The notes under the pieces: model-generated
Databases searched by the model: none
What the model was told of the DNA's origin: nothing
The model's input: the letters and a program-made list of their open reading frames with translations, nothing else
Program-made: the position numbers and the translations under genes
IMG/VR virus record: IMGVR_UViG_3300027933_000048
Span: 1 to 5,833 of that record
Length of the DNA stretch: 5,833 nucleotides
Direction: 5' to 3' (one strand)
Shown: positions 1 to 5,638 of the stretch, in pieces
Position numbering within the stretch: position 1 is the stretch's first letter
How the letters are laid out: the number at the start of each line of letters is the position of its first letter

Positions 1-11
1 TTTAATTAGTT

Positions 12-19
12 GGTGAGGT
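12..19 (+). promoter_or_regulatory. Shine-Dalgarno site for the glycosyltransferase
   Basis: GGTGAGGT ends 4 nt before TTG at 24. Confidence 0.7.
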
Positions 20-23
20 TAAA

Positions 24-1097
24 TTGGAAAAGCCAATTTATTACGTTTATCCTCAGCACCATGATGTTAGTTTCAAATTTGTGGCTAAGGAACATGTAAA
101 AATGTTAAAAGAAAAATATACAGTTTACGAAATACCCGCTTTATCATTTTACCAATTTACTCCTTTCAAATATCCAATTTCAATTATCCACCCATTTTTT
201 TATTCAATGTGGCATTGGACAAATGTTGAATTTTCATTCTTTGAACAATATAGAACTAAAGTTAGTGAAATAATTGGAGTTGAAGTGGCAGACAGTAATA
301 AAATTGCGGAGAAATATATTGAATATGGCAATAATTATGCAGATAAAATAATAGTAAATTCAGAATGGTCAAAAAATGCGTTTAAAAATTCTGGTCTGAA
401 AGTTCCAATTTATAAAGTTGTCCATAATTTTAATGATAGACTATTAGCAAAAGATGAGGAATTAAATGTTGATGAACAAGTGAAATATATTGAAAAAGTC
501 AAAAATGAGAAGAAAATTAAATTAATTTTCATTTCACTTTGGCACTCTGATTTTAGGAAAGGAGGCGATATTTTTCATGCAATTGCTAAGGAAATACAAA
601 AAGAAAGAGACGACATTTATTTTTTAGTTAAAAGCGGAATGCAAAGAACTGATTTCAAAGATATTAAAATGTTTAACTTAACTGGAAATACTGATTTTGA
701 CAATATAATAAAAATGTATAGAATATCCGATTTGTATTTATTACCTTCAAGAGGTGGAAGTTTTGAATTAAACGGTCTTGAGGCTTTTATATCAAAAATT
801 CCAGTAATTGCAACTAAAAACGGGGCATGGGAAGAATATTTTCCTAACGCTTTGAAAGATTTACTAGTTAATAGTTGTGATTTTCCAACAGTTTTACCAG
901 GAAATCCAATTCATATAGGCAAAGGTGTGCAAATGTGTACAAATGAGGCAATAGATAAAATATTAGAAGTTATAGATAAATTAGATGAATATAAGGCAAA
1001 AATTGAGGAGAATTATAATTTCTGGTTAAAAAATTTCGGCTATAATGCAGTTAAAAAACAATTGCTTAATGCTGTAACGCATGAAATGCTGAACTAA
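24..1097 (+). CDS. GT-B fold (GT4-like) glycosyltransferase, rudivirus ORF356-like, 357 aa
   Basis: TTG start at 24 preceded by SD-like GGTGAGGT (12-19). GT4 motifs: ADKIIVNSEW, RKGGD, DLYLLPSRGGSFELNGLEAF..KIPVIAT. Size and sequence style match the rudiviral glycosyltransferase as I recall it. Confidence 0.9.
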   Translation: MEKPIYYVYPQHHDVSFKFVAKEHVKMLKEKYTVYEIPALSFYQFTPFKYPISIIHPFFYSMWHWTNVEFSFFEQYRTKVSEIIGVEVADSNKIAEKYIEYGNNYADKIIVNSEWSKNAFKNSGLKVPIYKVVHNFNDRLLAKDEELNVDEQVKYIEKVKNEKKIKLIFISLWHSDFRKGGDIFHAIAKEIQKERDDIYFLVKSGMQRTDFKDIKMFNLTGNTDFDNIIKMYRISDLYLLPSRGGSFELNGLEAFISKIPVIATKNGAWEEYFPNALKDLLVNSCDFPTVLPGNPIHIGKGVQMCTNEAIDKILEVIDKLDEYKAKIEENYNFWLKNFGYNAVKKQLLNAVTHEMLN

Positions 1098-1112
1098 GTG
1101 CCAAACACATTA

Positions 1113-1134
1113 GAAAAATCTTAAATTAGTCATA
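1113..1134 (+). promoter_or_regulatory. BRE-TATA-GTC promoter, probably giving a leaderless permease+TGT mRNA
   Basis: GAAAAAT-CTTAAATT(1120-1127)-AGTCATA. The TATA ends 23 nt before ATG 1151. GTC just downstream of TATA is a known rudivirus promoter feature. Confidence 0.7.
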
Positions 1135-1150
1135 AAACTCAGACTGTAAT

Positions 1151-2344
1151 ATGGAATTTAAAAGAAAAAGTTCAGGCATAATAAAAAGTTTTAGCTCATT
1201 AGATATTTTTTCTATAAACCTGCTTTACATGGGAATTTTAAGCGGTATAAGTTACCCGCTTTTTGTTTCAGGTCTGTTAAAATCTGTAAATCTATTATTC
1301 GCAGTTTTAATAGCATCAGCTTTTGAAATTCCGCTTTTAGTAATATATTATATTTTAACTAAAAAAATACCGTTAAATGGCGGAGATTATGCTTATATTC
1401 GCTCAGCATTTTCGCCTAAGTTTTATACCGTTTTTGGAATTTCGTTATGGCTGATTTATGTATTTTCAGCACCAGTTTTATCAAACCTTGTATTGTTAAA
1501 TTTCAATATTCCAATATTCGATAAGTTTTTAATTTCAGAACTATTATTTGGAACTGCGTTACTTAGTGTTAGCAAAAAAACAATTTATGCTTATATTGTT
1601 GACGCTATTGCAATTTTACAAATAATTATTTCACTAGTCTTACCAATTTCAAGTTTCCATTTTCAAATTCAAAATTTTACAATATCGAATAGTTTACTTT
1701 CAGCTTTATTATTTGATTTATCCATGTTTTTGTTTTTAAACGCAATTAGTTACATTGCGGGGGAGATAAAAAACATAAGCAAAAACGCTAAAATCGGATA
1801 TTTTGCAAGTTATTTAGTAGTTACTGTATTAGCAATATTAGACAGTTATTCAAATTTAAATATATTGTTTCTACTATTTCCAATTTGGTATATGAGTTAT
1901 ATTTTTGTCACCTCAATGATACAAAGTCGTTTAGTACAAAATTTAGCAATTGATAGAATTTTACCTGAAAAATTTGCGAAAATAACCCCTAACGCACTTT
2001 TATTAATCTTTGTTGCTGATACAATTGCAAATGTTTTAGAAAATATATTTAATTTTTCAATTTCATTCGGTCTTGACGGTCTATTATTTATTTTCTGGAA
2101 CTTTATAATTGTTAGCCTAGCATTCCTAAAATTAACAAATAAGAAACTAATATTTTCAGTAGCAATATCCAGCTTAATTTTACAAATCTTCCTATTCTTC
2201 TATTTAGGATTACAAAATAACATATTCTATAACTTTGTGATTGAGGGAAATGTAATATATACAATATTAAGGATATTAATAATGCCATTTGTAGGCACAA
2301 TTATCTATCTGTTACGGAGAAAAACTGTAAATGTTGATCATTAA
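1151..2344 (+). CDS. APC-superfamily amino-acid/amine permease-like membrane protein (rudivirus ORF399-like), 397 aa
   Basis: Many hydrophobic segments. APC-type motifs FKRKSSGIIKSFSSLD, IPLNGGDYAYIRSAF, IAGEIKN, SRLVQNLAIDRILP. Confidence 0.85.
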   Translation: MEFKRKSSGIIKSFSSLDIFSINLLYMGILSGISYPLFVSGLLKSVNLLFAVLIASAFEIPLLVIYYILTKKIPLNGGDYAYIRSAFSPKFYTVFGISLWLIYVFSAPVLSNLVLLNFNIPIFDKFLISELLFGTALLSVSKKTIYAYIVDAIAILQIIISLVLPISSFHFQIQNFTISNSLLSALLFDLSMFLFLNAISYIAGEIKNISKNAKIGYFASYLVVTVLAILDSYSNLNILFLLFPIWYMSYIFVTSMIQSRLVQNLAIDRILPEKFAKITPNALLLIFVADTIANVLENIFNFSISFGLDGLLFIFWNFIIVSLAFLKLTNKKLIFSVAISSLILQIFLFFYLGLQNNIFYNFVIEGNVIYTILRILIMPFVGTIIYLLRRKTVNVDH

Positions 2345-3234
2345 TGAAATTAATATTTGGAGTTAATGTTTCAACTAGTTATCTTTTTAAAACCAATTTT
2401 CCAGTTTTAATAAATCAATTGAGATTTAGAAAAAGAAAATGGAGAAATGAAACTTGGATAGATAGCGGTGGCTTTCAAATTATTATGTATAATTTAAAAA
2501 TTTCGCCACACGACATTTTAGCAAAATATAAAAGCTTTAACGCTTATGCCTTCTTTTCACTAGATATACCAAGTATTTTTTCACCGCTTAACAAAAAAAA
2601 TTATGAATATTTTGAGTATTTATATACCAAAATTGAATGGATTGAAAAAATTATACCTGTAATTCACATTTATCCAATTCAAGAATTAGATGAAGCAATT
2701 GATTTTTATAAACAATATAGCTATTATTTTGCAATTGGAGGCTTAATCCCGTCAAGCAAAAAGAAAATTCTAATTTATGCATTTCCGTGGGTATATTATT
2801 TAAGAAGAAGAGTTCCCTATCTGCACGTTTTAGGCATGTCAGGCCCATACTTTTTACAAACTTTTAGTAATGTTGATAGCATTGATACCGGAACTTATAG
2901 CAAAACAGCCGCATTTAGGGAAATATTTTGGTTTAATGGAACTGTAAAATATGTAGGCAAAAGAAGACCAAAAAACATAACCAGAGAAGAAAAAGAAGAA
3001 CTGTTTGAATTTTTGGATAAATGTAATTTCCCATTTGAATATGATTTAAGTAATTTCAAAATTCTGGAGCTTATAAATGCATATATGTTACTGTATAACA
3101 ATTGGAAAATTAAGAATAAGTATACAGAATATGCCAAAAAATTAAGAGGAATGGGAATAGATAGTTTAACAATGGAGTTAATTAAAAACTATAAAATTGC
3201 GGCTGAAATATTATCACAAAAAAGAGAAAAATAG
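2344..3234 (+). CDS. tRNA-guanine transglycosylase-like (TGT/DpdA family) protein, 296 aa
   Basis: Catalytic DSGGFQ motif, plus SLDIP, IPVIH, AIGGL, LHVLG and DSID motifs in TGT order. Start overlaps the permease stop (TAATG, 2342-2346). Confidence 0.88.
   Translation: MKLIFGVNVSTSYLFKTNFPVLINQLRFRKRKWRNETWIDSGGFQIIMYNLKISPHDILAKYKSFNAYAFFSLDIPSIFSPLNKKNYEYFEYLYTKIEWIEKIIPVIHIYPIQELDEAIDFYKQYSYYFAIGGLIPSSKKKILIYAFPWVYYLRRRVPYLHVLGMSGPYFLQTFSNVDSIDTGTYSKTAAFREIFWFNGTVKYVGKRRPKNITREEKEELFEFLDKCNFPFEYDLSNFKILELINAYMLLYNNWKIKNKYTEYAKKLRGMGIDSLTMELIKNYKIAAEILSQKREK
3203..3232. repeat. Cassette-boundary repeat, copy 1 (inside the TGT 3' end)
   Basis: CTGAAATATTATCACAAAAAAGAGAAAAAT, 29/30 identical to 3551-3580. 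Confidence 0.85.
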
Positions 3235-3256
3235 GCGATAAAAAAGGAAATTAGAT

Positions 3257-3487
3257 TTATAAACTCTTATAAATTTCTGATAAAACAAAACAATAAAATT
3301 CTATCTTAGACCTTATATCTATTACATCTATATTATCAATATGAAGTTCATTTAATAGTTTCTCTGTTTCTCTCAATTTAATCAATAATTCAAATATATT
3401 ATCAATAGCCTTTTGTAAATCATTACCTAAATATATTTTGCCGTGACCATAAACTAAATAATATCCATTCTCATCTTTCTCTAACAT
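3257..3487 (-). CDS. Small hypothetical protein, 76 aa
   Basis: ORF with its own TATA-GTC promoter, short GTGA-containing leader and a downstream T-rich tract on the - strand. Confidence 0.75.
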   Translation of the reverse strand: MLEKDENGYYLVYGHGKIYLGNDLQKAIDNIFELLIKLRETEKLLNELHIDNIDVIDIRSKIEFYCFVLSEIYKSL

Positions 3488-3512
3488 AGTTTTTCACAAC
3501 TTCAAATTATCG

Positions 3513-3530
3513 TATGACAAATTTAAGAAT
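3513..3530 (-). promoter_or_regulatory. TATA-GTC promoter of the 76-aa gene
   Basis: The - strand reads ATT-CTTAAATT-TGTCATA, nearly identical to the CTTAAATT-AGTCATA promoter at 1120. Confidence 0.65.
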
Positions 3531-3550
3531 AAGAGATAAAAAACTCATGA

Positions 3551-3595
3551 CTGGAATATTATCACAAAAAAGAGAAAAATTATAGATAAAAAAAA
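3551..3595. repeat. Cassette-boundary repeat, copy 2 (contains - strand TTTTTCT terminator-like tract)
   Basis: CTGGAATATTATCACAAAAAAGAGAAAAATTATAGATAAAAAAAA, immediately after the stop of the 70-aa gene. Confidence 0.85.
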
Positions 3596-3598
3596 TTA

Positions 3599-3811
3599 TT
3601 AAGCCTGAGACCGAGAAGAAAGAGATGAAAATAACTTGTTAGCATATTCGCTATCATAGCCATGGTAATAAAAAATTTTGTCGTTATTGCTAAGGACAAA
3701 AACCCCCCATCTAGGGGGATTGCAGCATGTGCATTTTGCTAAAACTACATTATTTTTAATTTGAATTTGTTGAAAGTTATGGTATTGCACACCTAGGGTT
3801 TGAACCTTCAT
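3599..3811 (-). CDS. Small hypothetical protein, 70 aa (MKVQTLG..., CTCC motif), candidate anti-defense gene
   Basis: The track start 3826 lies upstream of the TSS predicted from the TATA (about 3818). ATG 3811 follows the leader GAGGGAT. Confidence 0.75.
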   Translation of the reverse strand: MKVQTLGVQYHNFQQIQIKNNVVLAKCTCCNPPRWGVFVLSNNDKIFYYHGYDSEYANKLFSSLSSRSQA

Positions 3812-3828
3812 ATCCCTCAATTGCATAT

Positions 3829-3877
3829 ATGTAAACAGTTATATTTAAAGCTTTCTCTAAGTTTTTACCTTTGTAGT
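3829..3877 (-). promoter_or_regulatory. Strong early-type promoter (upstream element-BRE-TTTAAATA-N10-CAT)
   Basis: ACTACAAAGGTAAAAACTTAGAGAAAGC-TTTAAATA(3849-3842)-N10-CAT. Aligns without gaps to three other promoters in the window. Confidence 0.8.
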
Positions 3878-3900
3878 TTACGTTATTAATGGCCCTAGTT

Positions 3901-3930
3901 AAGTAATATTATTACAAACTTGAGAAAAAT
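3901..3930. repeat. Cassette-boundary repeat, copy 3
   Basis: AAGTAATATTATTACAAACTTGAGAAAAAT aligns without gaps to copies 1 and 2. Confidence 0.7.
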
Positions 3931-4010
3931 AGACAATAAAAATAGATGAAAATAGAAAACTAAAACATAAAATTATAAAAAGAAAAATAAAAGATAAAAA
4001 AAGAATAAAA
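3931..4010 (-). terminator. T-rich terminator region after the HTH gene
   Basis: Multiple oligo-T runs on the - strand directly after the stop at 4011. Confidence 0.55.
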
Positions 4011-4178
4011 TTACCAACAATCTTCCATGTATTTCTTGGCTTTTCTTTCAGATATCCCTAAAAATTGGGATATCTCGCTCACTGAGTAGCCCTCTCGGGC
4101 CAACTCGTGAGCTATTGAAATCATATCGTCTTCTGATTCAACCATGTATCTTACACCTCTTACACTTATGCTTTTCAT
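4011..4178 (-). CDS. 55-aa helix-turn-helix DNA-binding protein, SIRV gp1/ORF56a-like (Aca8-like)
   Basis: MKSISVRGVRYMVESEDDMISIAHELAREGYSVSEISQFLGISERKAKKYMEDCW has a classic HTH (GYSVSEISQFLGISERKAKKY). ATG 4178 follows GGGGATAAGAAG. The track's longer N-terminus runs through the promoter. Confidence 0.85.
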   Translation of the reverse strand: MKSISVRGVRYMVESEDDMISIAHELAREGYSVSEISQFLGISERKAKKYMEDCW

Positions 4179-4200
4179 CTTCTTATCCCCAATATACCAT

Positions 4201-4249
4201 ATGCACAAACACATATATAAAGTTTTCTGTGCCTTTTTACCTTTATAGC
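4201..4249 (-). promoter_or_regulatory. Strong early-type promoter of the HTH gene
   Basis: GCTATAAAGGTAAAAAGGCACAGAAAAC-TTTATATA(4221-4214)-N10-CAT. Confidence 0.8.
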
Positions 4250-4277
4250 CCACATCATGCTTTCAATAAAAATGCAT

Positions 4278-4439
4278 TTAGTCCCCATATTTCTTTTTTA
4301 ACATTCTAATTAATTCTTCTTCTTCAATTCGTTTCATTTCCTGTCTTAATTCCAATAAGAAAAAGACAAATAATAATTCGTAAAAGAGTGCAAGAATAAC
4401 TATAAACCATATTGGACTTAATGGTGCATTTAAATCCAT
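4278..4439 (-). CDS. 53-aa single-pass membrane protein (not in the ORF track)
   Basis: Manual translation: MDLNAPLSPIWFIVILALFYELLFVFFLLELRQEMKRIEEEELIRMLKKKYGD. SD-like GGTGTGA at 4450-4444. Starts 15 nt after the stop of the 170-aa gene. Confidence 0.75.
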   Translation of the reverse strand: MDLNAPLSPIWFIVILALFYELLFVFFLLELRQEMKRIEEEELIRMLKKKYGD

Positions 4440-4454
4440 ATTTTCACACCATAT

Positions 4455-4967
4455 CTATTCTTTGCAATTAAGAATTTCCTCTAGTTTATCAGTAAATCTA
4501 ACTTCTATTTCATCAGAACTCAACAATTGATAAACCCTAACGCTAAGCAATTTAGCAACAACATCATTAAAATCGTTAATAATACATTCCTTAAAATAAT
4601 AAGAATCATTGAGCACATTATTTAAATATATTTCTGCAATTTTCTTTTTCTCGTTTTCAGATAAATTAAATTCAACAGTAATTTCCTTAAATTCATAATC
4701 CATTTGATTTGCTTCTCTATTTAACGAAACTGTAATTTTGGAATTTTCCATAAATGAGATAAGCAATTCTTCTTTTTCATCTTCATCAAAATATTGTAAA
4801 TTCCATCCATCTTTTTCCACAATTTCAGAAATCATTTGAATTATAGTATCTATTACAACATCCCTAAAATTAGTATAACAGTTTTGAATAGCATTATCAA
4901 AATCTAATGATGTAATAATATTTTCATTGAATTTTTCTTCATCCAGCTTATCTAAAACGACTGACAT
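4455..4967 (-). CDS. Acidic hypothetical protein, 170 aa
   Basis: Long ORF with its own TATA-GTC promoter. Hand count gives 38 D/E versus 17 K/R. Confidence 0.85.
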   Translation of the reverse strand: MSVVLDKLDEEKFNENIITSLDFDNAIQNCYTNFRDVVIDTIIQMISEIVEKDGWNLQYFDEDEKEELLISFMENSKITVSLNREANQMDYEFKEITVEFNLSENEKKKIAEIYLNNVLNDSYYFKECIINDFNDVVAKLLSVRVYQLLSSDEIEVRFTDKLEEILNCKE

Positions 4968-4991
4968 ATATCATCATTTTCATTCTTCAAT

Positions 4992-5014
4992 TATGACATA
5001 TTTATGTTTCTCTC
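4992..5014 (-). promoter_or_regulatory. BRE-TATA-GTC promoter of the 170-aa/53-aa operon
   Basis: The - strand reads GAGAGAAA-CATAAATA-TGTCATA. Predicted TSS near 4975. Confidence 0.7.
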
Positions 5015-5028
5015 AGTAAATCTTAGAC

Positions 5029-5070
5029 CTGAATTTTTATTACAAAACTGAGAAAAATTGTAGATAAAAA
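5029..5070. repeat. Cassette-boundary repeat, copy 4
   Basis: CTGAATTTTTATTACAAAACTGAGAAAAATTGTAGATAAAAA. 5048-5067 is identical to 5540-5559 (20 bp). Confidence 0.8.
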
Positions 5071-5139
5071 TAAGTGACATAAAATTAAGAACACAAAAAT
5101 TAAAAAGATAAAAAAATTAACTTAATGGAAATAAAAAAA
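5071..5139 (-). terminator. T-rich terminator region after the 98-aa gene
   Basis: Oligo-T runs on the - strand immediately after the stop at 5140. Confidence 0.55.
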
Positions 5140-5436
5140 TTATTGAATGAAGTGCGTTCGTTCGTAAGAATCCTTAATCCTAAAAAGCATGTCATTGACA
5201 ACACTAGTCAGATTGGCCCACACTGACTTCATTTCCTCACATTGAACTCCATCAACTTCATATTCTACCCGTAGATAATACACACTGCCGCCCCATCCGT
5301 CAGGGCCTAAGAGCAGTTTGGCAGAAACAATTTTAACTTCAGTAGGAAAGTTGTGAATTTTTTGGCTGTATTTTATTACATCTTGCGTTAAATCCTTAAT
5401 GACCTGATATATTTTTTCTTCCTCTTGTTTACTCAC
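5140..5436 (-). CDS. Hypothetical protein, probably 98 aa from GTG 5436 (MSKQEEEK...), candidate anti-defense gene
   Basis: The track ATG 5472 overlaps the TATA box and ATG 5454 precedes the predicted TSS (about 5449). In-frame GTG 5436 follows a perfect SD GAGGTGA (5448-5442). Confidence 0.8.
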   Translation of the reverse strand: MSKQEEEKIYQVIKDLTQDVIKYSQKIHNFPTEVKIVSAKLLLGPDGWGGSVYYLRVEYEVDGVQCEEMKSVWANLTSVVNDMLFRIKDSYERTHFIQ

Positions 5437-5458
5437 CTTCTTCACCTCTAACATACAT

Positions 5459-5507
5459 ATGCATCTCCTCATATATAAAGTTTTCTCTACCTTTGTATTT
5501 TTGCATG
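5459..5507 (-). promoter_or_regulatory. Strong early-type promoter of the 98-aa gene
   Basis: CATGCAAAAATACAAAGGTAGAGAAAAC-TTTATATA(5479-5472)-N10-CAT. Confidence 0.8.
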
Positions 5508-5520
5508 TTTATTGTTGTCA

Positions 5521-5559
5521 TAGTATTATTATATCAACTCTGAGAAAAATTGTAGATAA
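5521..5559. repeat. Cassette-boundary repeat, copy 5
   Basis: TAGTATTATTATATCAACTCTGAGAAAAATTGTAGATAA, sharing an exact 20-mer with copy 4. Confidence 0.75.
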
Positions 5560-5628
5560 TCTTAACTACAATTAGAAATAAAATTAGAATTAAATGGCTT
5601 GGAAGTTTTTCATCACATGGTTCAGCTT
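5543..5628 (-). ncRNA. Candidate small non-coding transcript (about 50-85 nt), or an emptied cassette
   Basis: Lies between an intact promoter and T-rich terminators. Only ATG-TGA and a 7-codon ORF are present. Contains CTGA-ACCAT-GTGATGA. Confidence 0.4.
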
Positions 5629-5638
5629 AAAGATACTA

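Noticed and set aside
2112-3137. Three - strand ORFs (2112-2300, 2651-2848, 2895-3137)
   Set aside because: They are antisense shadows within the well-supported permease and TGT genes, with no recognisable motifs.
3954-3966. AGAAAACTAAAAC, resembling the 3' end of some Sulfolobus CRISPR repeats
   Set aside because: It sits in a low-complexity A-rich terminator tract and the match is short and imperfect.
4179-4253. N-terminal extension of the HTH ORF (80 aa in the track), and similarly starts 3826 and 5472
   Set aside because: These extensions run through the BRE/TATA or lie upstream of the predicted TSS; downstream starts have proper leaders.
4260-4267. ATTGAAAG on the - strand, matching the Sulfolobus crRNA 5' handle (possible repeat-mimic RNA)
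   Set aside because: A single 8-mer is plausible by chance in AT-rich DNA, and the rest of a CRISPR repeat is absent.
4115-4309. + strand 64-aa ORF
   Set aside because: It overlaps the HTH gene, its promoter and the 53-aa gene on the opposite strand.
3203-5560. Repeats interpreted as a CRISPR array
   Set aside because: Spacing is 348-1128 bp and the intervals contain genes; copies are degenerate and no cas genes are present.
5595-5605. Possible complementarity of the candidate sRNA (CUUCCAAGCCA) to the 23S rRNA GTPase-centre sequence (about UGGCUUAGAAG)
   Set aside because: I cannot verify the host rRNA sequence, the match is short with a mismatch, and no box D follows at guide distance.
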